Source: Azolla caroliniana
Lineage: Eukaryota > Plantae > Polypodiophyta
DNA length: 64,000 bases
Direction of reading: 5' to 3'
NCBI GenBank assembly: GCA_043228905.1
Contig: JBHGNT010000014.1
Location: 16,120,001-16,184,000 of the forward strand
Below the pieces are notes generated by a model. The model was not told the DNA's origin, did no database searches, and was given only the letters and a program-made list of their open reading frames with translations. Of this stretch, positions 12,849 to 26,200 are shown piece after piece. Within the stretch, counting starts at the first letter, position 1. Every line of letters starts with the position of its first letter. Made by a program: the position numbers and the translations under genes.

Positions 12849-14266
12849 TTGAGGTGTATTTATATTGCATATGTGAATACTGTATTCACCAATATGATAA
12901 ATATCATTCATGATGGGCAATTTTCCTAGACATCTCATAATGCAATCTGCAAGCAAGAAAAACACATTCTTGTTGGGCACATAGATCACTTTGATGGGAT
13001 TCTTGCGTAAGTTATCCTAGAAACATGCCAAAGTGTACAATGTACAATGCAATGAGTATCATATTTGTGGCAAACTCTTCCATGACTTGGATATGGGTTT
13101 TTTTGGCCACTTTTTCTACATTGTTTTTTCATTTCGATTGCCCTTTGATGCCAATGGATTAATAATTAGTTAGAATATATATCTTGCATCGCATAAGGCA
13201 CATTTCTTAGTTTCTTTCAAACCTCACTATAATGCTTAATTCTAGTTACTTGCAATTTTCTCGTTATATATGCCAACTGTAATCAAGTGATTCTTTGGTT
13301 TGTTCCACACACAAAAAAAAATACTATTAGATGGAACCTATTATGCAATGATTATAAAATTTCACCCTTTTTTCTGCAATGAGCTCAATCCCTTAGATGC
13401 ACATGATAATTCCATCACTGCCCTTTGGCAAGAAAGCAAAATGAGGCAATTCTGAGTTTCCCATCATACACTGGTTCAAGCATTTCTCCTTGAACCTTTA
13501 CTTTTCAGCACTTAACCCTGTATATTGCTCTTAGTACATCAGGATGTTTAAATGTGTATTTATTTTCTGGGCAATTAAATGTATAAGTTTAACATATTGC
13601 ATGGTACAAGAGCTACAATGTGCCCTTGCTGTATTGACAACGATATGACTAAACATCACATCTACCCATGATCTTTCCCTGTTCTAGTAGGCTATCATGA
13701 AATTTAAATAACAAAGCACACATGAATTCAAGCTTGAGAATTATCACATTAGAGATTTTGATCACTGATAACTTCTACCTAAATTATCACAGCAGTTTGA
13801 ACAAGAATTTGTTATGCTTACACTAACAAAAAAAGAGATGATAATGTCTCTACTTCCTTGAGGTTAAAAAAATGTTTTCATTTATTCCCCTTCATAATTT
13901 TACATCAATTTTAGAGACTAATCTCGTAGAGTAATTGCATAGCTCTCAAATGGTACACAGTCGAAATGTCATCCATGGCTATATGTTCCCTACACAACTC
14001 AACGGGGGTCCAATCCCCAGGGCTTCACTTGTAGATATCGCAGATTAGAAGGAAAAAAAGTGAGTGCATAAAAAAGAGAAAATATCGAGTCAATATTAAT
14101 GTGCACTAGATGGATTCCCAAATTTACTGTCATTCACATTAACTGTCCTTTTCTTATATATCAAATATAGCAGAATGTCTGCACCAGAAAGAAAATGTGC
14201 ACCCTTAAATTAGATGTATGACATACAATAGACCTGTTTTCCATTACAACAGCCTGTGTCGTAGTT

Positions 14267-17200
14267 TTAAGCTTCTTTATCAGCATCTTGAAACTCATAA
14301 AGTTGACGGATATTTCCTGAAGCTGCAAATGTGCTTGTTAAGTACACATGTTTTAACAACTAACCATTTCTTTAATCTAGGATCAAGACCCCTCTTTACT
14401 ACTTTCCATAATGGATGGAACAGATCCAAATTGCAATCTACTTACTGTAAAGCCATTCTCGAAAATGAACATGGATAGCTTGTGATAAATCTTGCCTCTT
14501 GCTCTCATCAATTGGTACAGTCTTCAAGGTCTGTCTCAAGGTGTCCACAGCTCTGTTCTGTAAATGAACGAAGATTCAATAAAAATAACTCATAAATTGT
14601 AGTCTGTGATGTGCAGAGTCAATACAGGTGATAAGAACCATCAAGAGTTATGTGCCATATAAGAGGGTATTATTTATAAGCTCTAATAACCACCTGGGCC
14701 ACACACCAAGACGATAATTTTAAGCCAAAACTCTGAAAGCTTATCACTCTCACTCAAACCAATGACTCGCCTTACGCAACAAAGTAACATATACCAAGCT
14801 AGACTGATACCTTCTGCTGCTGAGCAGCCAAGTAAGCTTTCGGTAATGGGAATGGATTGGCTTCTGTGATCGGCTGCTCAATAGGATCAGGATGATCCCA
14901 TTTAGGAATCTGCAGTTACAAAACCTAAAGTAAGACAAATGAAATATCTTGAATTCATTGAAAAAAAGCATAAGAAATACATACCACAAAGTTTGTGTAT
15001 TTATCAGGTGGCAGAAGCGATGCATCTTCTGCCTTTGCATCAGCAACACCTGCTGCATGTGGAAGAGAATCATGAGGGTCTAAAATTCCAAGTGTCAGGA
15101 ACTTGTCCCACTTATTCACTGCTGGATTGATACCAACTTGAGCCAGATGTGCCTCCAATCTTGGATAGAAGGTATTATACGGTGCCAACTGTGAAAAACA
15201 GGTATAACATTAACTAAATATAAACATAATAAAGAGGCTTCCACAGAACAATATTACAAGAAATTAAACCTACTTGTGGCCAAACTGGCGAAGAGATCGA
15301 AACATGTTACAAGCAAATGACATGTGCTATCTCATTGATACAGAAAAAAACTAATTCAGTGACTATATTATGTCAATGAAATAGTTATCCAGGTACTGAG
15401 AAAGACTCAGAGGACCTTTATGACAATTGAAGTTCTTAATGACAGATTGCAACCTAAGCAAATTTAGAGTAAGACTGAACCAGCCCAGGTAGTCAACTGG
15501 TAGAGCATGGGGTGCATAGGAAGAGGCCAAGGCAAGAGGTCCTAGTTAACTGAAATGTCACAAGCATCCCTTGTAGTCTAACAGCAAAATTGGTTTATAA
15601 AGCATTGTCCACGTATGGACAATCAGGAGCGTGACAGCAACCAATTGGGAATAGACCTACAGAACTTATGGCATTGACCTCAATGGGATCAATAATACAT
15701 GGCGATCATGAGGGAGCTGCTTAGCACGTACTAACAGACCAGATCTAAAACTAACCATAGCGGTGTATGACTGACATGACTGCTAACAGTCGACAACGGA
15801 ACCGCAGCTTAACGGTTTAAACAGTTCGGTTCGGTTTGGTTTCAACATTTAGAAACCGCGGTTTAAATGGTTTTTAATTTTTTAATTTTAAAAATTTGTT
15901 TTTAAACAATCTTTTCATTTTCAGGCCTTATTCTCACATTTTAGGAAAATCTTAAAAACTTTGAAAATTTCAAATAATGAAATATTTAAAAATTTAAAAA
16001 TTGAAAATTGACCTAAGTTGAAAACCAAAACCGAACCACGAAACCGTGGTTTTAACGGTTCAGTTTAATGGTTTCATAGTTCGGTTCAGGTTTCAAATTT
16101 TTTAAATGGTTCAGTTTCAAACCGGTTCGGTTTTGACACTCTCAAACCGAACCATTGCCGATTGTTAATGACTGCAGTGTCTTCTGCAGCCACACACGCC
16201 AAATCTAGAACAAACCCAGAAACCACTAGTAGTTGGTTGAGGTTTCTAGACCATCTTTTCTCCTTGCCTACTGTACTTTCAAGAGCTCGACATGCTGTAT
16301 CCATTTGATACAAGTTTTATGAGGGCACAAGAGCCAAGGAGCACATGGCCACATTCCCGTCCTACTCTAGATTTGGAATCACCTAGTACATCTCCTTGAC
16401 AGCCAAGCTGCCAGCTGCTATAATTGACTACCATGGGCTGTCTCCCCAAAACCCCCAGCCTCACTTGAAGTGATCCTTGATGAACAATAGTGCCACCATA
16501 GATGCACCAAACTTGCCAACCCCACCGCAGTATTTCTGATGCAAGCAACGTGGCACACTGCAATTACAAATGTTTGTCCCTCCTACCCAGAAACACAAGA
16601 AGAGGACCCACCACCAATTTCATTGGCACCAGTACTGCTGATATCCCACAAGTCTGGATATGGAATCAGACGATGGCCATGGATTCCTGGATCACCCAAG
16701 AAGCAATCTGCTAGAAAGGGAATTGATTCCATCTATAGGTGAAAATGGATACTCTTCATACCCTCTTTGATCTCACGGCAGCTCTTGATTTGGAGCTCCA
16801 TCGGATGGATGTAAGACTATGTTCTTGCATGGTGATTTGTATGAAGACTGTAAATGAAGCTATTCAAACATTAGGAGAGACATGTATGTTCGTGTATGTT
16901 CACACAAGTGACATTTAGTGTCAATGTGACATACCCTCATGGGACAGATGTTGAGCATCTTTCGATGACATTAGAACAACCATAGTGGCCAAACTACACA
17001 ACCCATGTCCAAATATTGCAAACACACACATGTACATGCTCATAGCAATTAATGGTTATGTATCTCCCAAATGTATATCGCAGAGATCCTACCTCTACAG
17101 ATACTGCCAAGCCTCTACAACGGAGAAATAAATACCTGTAAATTGTGATTTTCGCCGAGTATAAGTGGTTTTTGGTTCACTGCCATGTAAAGTACACATT

Positions 17201-20200
17201 CTCGACAATTTACAATGCATATACGAGTACTTGAGACAATCAGCTGCACCCGCTCACAATGCTCAATCCGCACTACCTGCCAAAAACAATAATCGCAGAA
17301 TTCAATGAGCAAAAATATAAATATATAAATGGAACATGGACTTGGAACATGGACTTGCCCACTGTTATAAGTATAGAATAGCTTTTACGGCACACACAAA
17401 CCATTGAAGGACAGAATGAATTTAGAAGTTTTGTGCAGGTTTTTTCCATATAGCTCCAAAAGTATCCTATATAAGCCATTTAATAATGAGAACAGGGTAA
17501 TCAAGATCCCTCACTTCAAGAGTAGATTCTTGATGGTTTAGTTGGTCAACGATAGATTCCAAGTGGCTCTAATCTCTGACAAACTTGGGAACATAAAGGT
17601 ACATCTAGACACAGCTCATAATCTCAACTAGTTACTGTCACGTCTATAACAAACTTTTTCTAGTAAACGTATCTCACAAGAAAGTTTGTCAACCTTTCCA
17701 CAACATCTCATGCTTCTGTTCTGGAATCTCCAATTTTTGAGAATATTTTGATCTAACCAACAGTCAGTTTTATAACACTCTACAAACTCATCCATAGGAA
17801 TATGATAAGTTCATCTGTAACTCAAAAATGATTAATCTACTTGCAGGTTCTCATGGTTTAAATGATATTATGGGATACAGGTTCTCATGGTTTCTCAGAT
17901 GACAAGTCAAGAGATAATGCAATATTTGTATATTAAGGGATTGGGAGTAGAGGTTCTCATTCTGAGATGACAACTCAGCAGGTAACCAATGATACATCAT
18001 TAAATGGCATATATGTGCGCTATTCAGGACAATGAAGCATGACAAGCCAAATCGATCAGTATCGACTATATCTGGCACACTGGTGCACTGCTAGAGGCAT
18101 ATTTCCAGCCAAAACAAATATAAAGAAAACACAATCTTTTATGTGGACCACTTGTAAGGTCAAATAAAAACTACTGAATAAATGAACGAATAACACCACA
18201 CATTTTTCTCACCTTTTCCACAGCCCCAAGAACAATGATAGAGTCAGAGCACCCATAAATAGAAGCATACTTAATTGGAGCCAAGACATAAACAGCAGAG
18301 TCGTGACAATTGACAACCTGCACAATAATTTGGCATTAAAGAAAAAATGCAATTTACACGCCTATTTCTAAAAGAAAATTTAGTTTCTTATCAAGGAAAA
18401 TAAAGTTTTAGACAAAAATAACATCAAAGTATTTCACTACAGCTAACTATGTTTGAGACAGGTATTATCTTTGTAAAGTCTTTATCTAATGTCCGCCTCA
18501 AAACCAACCTTATATCAATTGCATCTACCTACTCCTATTCCAATCAATCACTACCAATTGAATAAAATCACCATAAAAACAGACAACTTACTTGTCCTTA
18601 AAAACTAAATAACTTGAATAGAGAAATTCAAAATGATCCCACCTTGACTGAACCTCGGTTGACGTCTTTCTCATCCTTCAGAATTGAAGCTTTAGATACA
18701 CCATCAACAAATGTCAAGTCTTCCTTTCCAACATAAAGACCACCTTCAGTTGATGACAATAATGGGATGCCAACACAAGCATCAACCATTGTTACATCAT
18801 CCACTTCCCTCTCTGGTCCAAATTCTTTACACCTCTGTTGCGGTGCAGCTGACACATGTTCTAACACCCAATCAACAACTACTTGCAAAGTAACTGGAGC
18901 AGCAGGCATATCAGGATCAGAATTTGCAAAAAAAGGTGCAGATTGACTGAGAAGCACATTCTCTGTGTCCTTCCCTTCATATTTGAGAAGAAATCCAAGG
19001 TGATTGAATTGTTCAAGTGAGATTACCTACCATGCCAGCAAAACACGAGTTCAGTAAGAAATAATGACTAAATTGTTGATGTTTGTGAAGCCAAAAGTTT
19101 GAACCAATATGATAGTTATTTAACTGTTTGAAGTTACACAGCTTACTCTATTTGTAAGGGACAATACGGAAGAATAACCAAGAGTATCAGACTTACCTGA
19201 TCCATCAGATAGGACAACAAGGGCTCAATCCACAAGCAGACTGTTAAAAAATGATGCTTACTACTACATACCTAGAGATAGAGATAAATACCATTATAGA
19301 ACTTTCATTATCATTAAGATTCTAAATTTTTGCACGTTTCTGAAAATATGTTCCAGAACTAAATTTGACTCTCATATTGTTTTTGAAATGACATTTCAGT
19401 ACAGTGATGCAGATTTGCATGACTGCACAGGTCAAGGTATTATTGTGAGAAAAGTTGTTAATAGCAGTAGCAGAACAGTTGTTAGAACAAAATAGACACA
19501 GCCAAGATGTGAGAAGGCTGTTAGACAGCAGTAGAAAAAATGGTTGCAAAGAGTAGAGACACAGCCAAAGAGTAGAGCTTGTTTGTAAGTAGCAGCAAAA
19601 ATAAAAGTCTTTACAAAAGAGGCTAGTATAGCCTATTTATACAAAATTGGGGAAAGTGGGTGGAATGGTTGTTTGGTAGTTACGTGACTCTTGCACTACC
19701 AAACAGGTACAATAAACTAGGAATAAGAGGGAATATCTTGAAAAAAGTGAAAGAGAGAGAAGGCATTTAAGGAGTTGCAGATTCTAGAGAGAAGAATAGA
19801 GGAAGAGAGAGAATGTAAATGAGAGATAATAAAGATGAAAGAGAGTGCAAGTCTGGGGCTGCCACCCTCTAACACCTCCTCAGTTCCAGAACGGTGGGCC
19901 AACATTGAGTCGACCGAGGAGCTGATCAATGGCTTGCCTTAGAAGTGGCTTAGTAAATAAATCAGCCACATTTTCTTGAGTAGGACAATATGCCAAGTGG
20001 ATGACTTGTGATTTCACTAATTCATGAACAAAATTGTAGTGCACTTCAATATGTATTGTTCTACCATGAAATGCTGAGCTATGTGCCAAGGCACGAGCAC
20101 TTTGGCTGTCAATGAAAACTGCAATAGGAGAGACTTGCAAAACATCAATGTGACAAAATAATTGCATTAACCATAGCAACTCACAAAAGTATCCAAGGAG

Positions 20201-23200
20201 GCTCGATATTTAGCTTCTATTGATGAAGTAGAAACTGATTTTTGCTTCTTTGATTTTCAAGAAATCAAGCCTAAACCTAACATAAAACAATAGCCAGATA
20301 TGGACCTTCTAGAATCAACATCTGAGTAGATAACAAGCTCAATGTTGCGTCTAAAAGACAGACCATAGTCGAGTGTGTTGGCCAAGTACCTAAGAACTCG
20401 AATAGATGCTTGCCAATGACTTTGTCTCGGAGCACTTGAGAATTGGCTGAGAATACTCAAGCTATAGGACAAATCAAGACTGGTGTAAGTTAAGTGAAGA
20501 AGAGACCCAATTAACCGTCTATATTTGGTGATATCTTCAAATATGGGAGAATCATCTTCACGATATAGCTTTGAGTTAGGATCCATCGGACAAGAGAGTG
20601 GCCTGCAATTTAACATGCCATAAGTCTCAAGGAGCTGCCTGTGATACCTATGTTGGCTGAGGAAGATACCACCATGTGATTGATAGACCTCCAAACCTAT
20701 GAAGTAATGGAAAAGTCCTAGATCAATCATTTCGAATGTGGTTTTGAGGTCAACACGGAGCTCCTTGATTTAAGAAGCAAGGGAACTTGTAATTAGAAGG
20801 TCATCAACATATAATATGATCAAGCATAGCAGATTTTCTTGGGAAAAGACATAAAGATTGATGTCAACATAATAATGCTTAAACCCGAGTGAGAGAAAGA
20901 AGGTATCAATTTTGTCATGCCAAGCTTTGGGAGCTTGCTTTAAGCCATACAAGGCTTTGTGTAACTTGTAGATCATGTTTTTCCGCTCTGAAATCTCGAA
21001 ACTTGGAGGTTGTTCAACATAAACTTCCTCTGGTCTTGAAAATCCATTTCAGTCCAATGACTTGTCAATGTTGAGGCTGTGGGACCAGCTCCCATGTATG
21101 ATTCCGCTCAATGGAATCAAGTTCAACTTCCATTGCTGCTTTCCACTTTGGAAGAACAAGGGCCTCTTTTGTTGTTGTGGGTTCTTGTGATTGCACAACA
21201 ATGCACAGTAAGGCAAAGTTGCATGAGTGAAGAGGCCGTTGTGACCTACGTGTTCTTTTCATGTTGGTCAGAGAACCAAATGTATACTCATGAAGTTCAG
21301 CATTGGAGAGATGAGCATCACGAATGGTGGCTTGAAGCCACTTGGGAAGTGGTGGAAGTTGGTGTGTAGAGGGAGGGGAAACAAGTGGAGTTGAGGGAGA
21401 GGTTTGAATTGTTGGCAAAGTAAGAGGTTGAGTAGAAGGAGATGGGGGGCTTGACGGTGAGACATCTTCGTCTAAAATAGGAGATTCCAGAGGAGCTGGG
21501 ATTTCTACCGTGACCTTAGGTGAAATCCTAGAGTCATCCAGCTTAAACTCCACAAAATGAACATCCCTAGAGATGACTAGGGACTTTGATTCTAAATCCC
21601 ATAACCTGTAGACTTTAGATTGTGTGTTGTAACCAATAAATTTGCATTTCTTGGTTTTAGACTCAAATTTACTCCTTTTATGATCTGAAATGTGAACGTA
21701 AGCATCACAACCAAAGACTTTAAAATGAGATACTAAGGGTTTTACACCTGTAAATGCTTCTACAGGGGTCATTGCAGCAACTGCTTTTGTTGGGCAGCAT
21801 TTGATGATGTAGACTGTTGTGTTGACAACTTCACCCCAAAATGAGAGAGGAAGATTAGATTGAGATAGTATTGTACGAGCCATCTCTTGGATTGTCCAGT
21901 TCTTCCTTTCCACAACTCCATTTTATTGAGGAGTATTGGGTGTAGAAAATTGGTGAGCAATGCCTCGTTGAGAACAGAAATGGTGGAAAGCTTGGGAGAT
22001 AAACTCTCTACCATTGTCGGACTTGATCTTTCGAACTTTCTTTGATGTCTCGTTCTCCACAAGAGCTACCCATTCTTGAAATTTGGTGAAGGCTTGAGAT
22101 TTTTCTACAAGAAAATAAACCCAAACCTTACAGGAGAAATCATCAATGATAAGCATGAAGTAGCGTGCACCACCAAGAGTAGTGGTTTTCATGGAACCAC
22201 AATGTTGGGAATAAAGGGCCATCATGCCTTTTATTAGTGTACAGGTGTGAACACACTCATAGCAGATTTTGACTTGTATATATACATATATATAAACCAA
22301 AAAAAAGTGGTACACTCTTTGTACCCAAGACAACGTGCATCTCTCTCTCTCCCTTTGTCTCTCACTCGGATTCTCTCCCTCTTTGGTTGACCTAAACCCT
22401 AATCCTCGTGTTGCCCTTCAAACTAGTATCAGAGCAAAGCAGAGCAGGTTAGAGCAGGTCACGTTTTTTTTTCTACGGAGCAAGTTTTTGTTTCTGCAGA
22501 GCATATCACATTTTTGTCCGTGTACAACAGGAACATCTTGTAGGCTCTGAAAGTGTGGATCAAATTTCTTTTTGCCCATGGGTGTTGTACAATGCATGTA
22601 CAACAAATATTGCCTCTGAAAATTTATCTGCAGATCTAAACTTTTTTGTTTTTCCAATGTGGCTATATATGGTTGGTTGGTACTTGTTTGTACCTTAGTT
22701 CACTTGTGTGAGAGTCTAGGTTTCTGTTTTTTTTTTGCTTAAGTTTTGGTCCTCCTTTTGGGCTAAGAAATCACGATTGGCAGTAGTGATAGTAGCCATC
22801 TTATGCACATCAAGAAGCTTGAGGGTGCACATAACTTAGCAGTATGGAAAAAGCAGTGTTACAACATCCTGCTACAAAAGAAACATGCAAAACCTATTAA
22901 AGTCAAAGGGGTAAAGCCTACAGATATAGACCATGATTGGCAAGAGATGAACAAGGTTGCATGCTCGACTATTGAGTTGTCAATTTCTGATGCCTTGCTG
23001 TTTAATATTGATGGTTTGGACACTGCCTATTCTATATGGACTAGACTAGAGGAACTATATGCCCAAAAGACAGTAGCTTGCAAAGTTTATTGGCTTAAGA
23101 AACTTATGGATTTGCGCATGACAGAGGGCACACCCATGTCAACTCACCTGAGTGAGTTCAATTCCATTTTCAGCCAACTGGTTGCCTTGAAATTCATCAT

Positions 23201-26200
23201 TGATGATGAGTTTAAGGCCACGTTTTAACTTTGCACCTTGCCAGAAAGTTGGGATACTTTCAAGACTGCTATGAGCAATTCAAATATGATGCTTCTTTAT
23301 GCCGATGTAGAGAGTTTTGTACTCATGGAAGAGATGAGTCGGCAAAACAATGCATCCAATAAGTCCTCTAATGCGTTGCATACTAGGGGTAGGTCACAAC
23401 AGAGAGGCAAATTTGATAGTTATGGGCGTAGTAAATCATGTGGTAAAGATGTAGAATGCCATCATTGTGGTAAAAAGGGTTCAACATGGTTCAACATGGT
23501 TCTGCTTTCAGTTTCAGCATGGTTCTACTTTCACACTTCAGCATGTACGGCATGTACCTCAGCTCAAGAAGAGCTTGATTAGCACCGGATAGCTAGATGA
23601 CAATGGATTTCACACCACCTTTGGTGATGGGAAATGGAAGATTTGTAAGGGATCTAGAGTTATTGCCAAGGGTAGTAAAAGTGATACTTTATATCCTCTC
23701 CATGTATCTAGTGTCAGTGACCATGTTGTTACCATAACCGAGCAGCCAAGTGTTTCTTTGTGGCATGGCCGGTTGGGACACATGAGTGAAACTGGTATGA
23801 AAGTACTTTCTCGTTTGGGTTACTTGCCTTGTCTTCGTTATGCTGATTTTGAGCATTGTGATCATTGTAGTTATGGTAAACATGTACAAACATCTCATAA
23901 AAAGTCTCTTTCGCTGAAATCTTCACCTCGCCGCTCGAGTTAGTACATTCAGATTTATGTCAGATGCTAGGGCTATCATTAGGGGGAAAGAAATACTTAG
24001 TCACTTTTGTCGATGATGCTACACGAAAGGCATGGGTTTACCCTATTCGTAGCAAGGATAAAGTGCTTGACAAGTTTCGAACATTCTTGGCATTAGTTGA
24101 GAATCAAATTGATAAGACATTTACGGGTCTTCGCTCTAACAATGGTGGGGAATATGTGTCCAAGGCCTTTCAAGCATTTTGTGATAGCAAAGGGATAAAG
24201 AGGGAACTCACTGCCCCTTATAATCCACCCCAGAATGGAGTTGCAGAGCGTATGAATCGGACTATTCAAGATAGGGTTCGTACTATGCTGTCTCATGCTA
24301 CGTTACCCCATGGTTTTTGGGCAGAGGCTGTTATGACAGCTGCTCACTTGATTAATCGGTCACCTAACAGGTCTTTGGGAGGGGGAAAACCTCAAGAAGC
24401 TTGGTCAGGCAAGCCACCTTCATATGCTCACTTGAGAGTGTTTGGCTGCAAGGCTTTTGTGCACATTTGTAAAGAAGAACGCAACAAACTTGAGACAAAG
24501 TCCTGCAAATGTATTTTCCTAGGATACAGTGACGAGGGTGAAATGAGGTATAGATTGTGGGATCCCGAGAAAAGAAAAATAGTACGCAGCAATGATGTTA
24601 TCTTCCGGGAAAATCGCATGCATAAACAACCCGAAAAGACCGAGGAAGTATGTAGGGTTGTATTCCGAGAAGAAATACCTTTTAGACAGAAAAATGTGCC
24701 AGCTGTACAGCAGCAAACACCTGCTGCAAACTTACCTGCAAATGCAGAAAATGAGGCTGGAAATGATCAGCCAACCTTTGCCAATAATGATGAGCCACCA
24801 AATGGGCAGGATCGGCTAGAACAGCAAGTTGAAAATGATGATTTGCAGGCTGAAATGCTGGACAGCAAGTTAAAAATGATGATTTGTAGGCTCAACAGCT
24901 ACCAAACAATGAACATTGGGTTAGGAGATCGTCTAGAGTTATTAGACAGCCCAACAGATTTGTTCCTGATGCAAACAGTGTGGCTGATTATGTCATGGTG
25001 ACTGATTGTGGTGAACCGTCTTGCTTCAAGGAAGCAATGGACAGACAGGACAACAAGAAATGGTATAAAGCCATGTTGTCAGAGATGGAATCTCTTGAGA
25101 AAAATGACACTTGGGATTTGGTGCAGTTGCCTAAAGGGCAGAAAACACTTCCATGCAAATGGGTTTATAAAATGAAGATCATTTCTGATTCCTCGCCAAA
25201 GTACAAAGCAAGATTGGTTGCAAAAGGATACAAGCAGGAATATGGAGTTGATTTTGATGAGATCTTCTCTCCTGTAGTCAAGATGACTGCATTAAGAACC
25301 ATTTTGGGCTTAGTTGCAGCTGAAGATATGGAGCTCATACAGATGAATGTGAAGACAGCCTTTTTACATGGCGATCTGCATGAAGACATATATATGCAGC
25401 AGCCTGAAGATTTTGTGGCTAAAGGCAAAGAGAAGATGGTTTGTAAGCTCAAAAGGAGTTTGTATGGGTTGAAACAAGCATCAAGCGAATGGTATCATAA
25501 ATTTGATACATTTATGCAGTCTCAAGGTTTTCGTAGAAGTCAAGTGGACCATTGCTTGTACACCAAGAAGGCAGGAGATGGCAGCTTGATTATCTTGGTT
25601 TTGTATGTTGATGATATGTTGATTGTTGGCAAGGATATTCATGCCTTGGATTCATTGAAGCATAGCCTTCATGGCAGCTTTGATATGAAGGATCTTGGTG
25701 ATGTAAATGACATCCTTGGCATGCAAATACTCCGAAACCGGTTGAAAGGGGCATTCCTATCTCAGCAAGAGTATATCGTTTTGTAGTGTTTCAATATGGA
25801 GGGGGGGAAAACAATTGGGTTTCCATTGCCTACATATTTGAGACTCAGTGCAAAAGACAGCCCTACATTTGATGATGAGAAGGCTGAAATGGATAAGGTT
25901 TCCATATGCCTCAGCCGTTGGCAGTTTGATATATGCGATGGTTGCTACACGCCTGATATTGCTTTTGCAATGGGAGTGTTTAGTAGGTACATGGCAAATC
26001 CTAGCAAAAAGCATTGGGAAGCAGTGAAAGGTATTATGAGATACCTCAAAGGCACAAAGGACTTGTGCATTTGCTTTGGAAAGTAGAAGGCATCTGTTGT
26101 TGGTTTTATGGATGCGGACTATGTTGGTCACGCGGACTACAGAAAGTCTACTTCTGGGTATGTGGCTTACTTTCACAAGAGGAGCGGTCTCTTGGATCTC

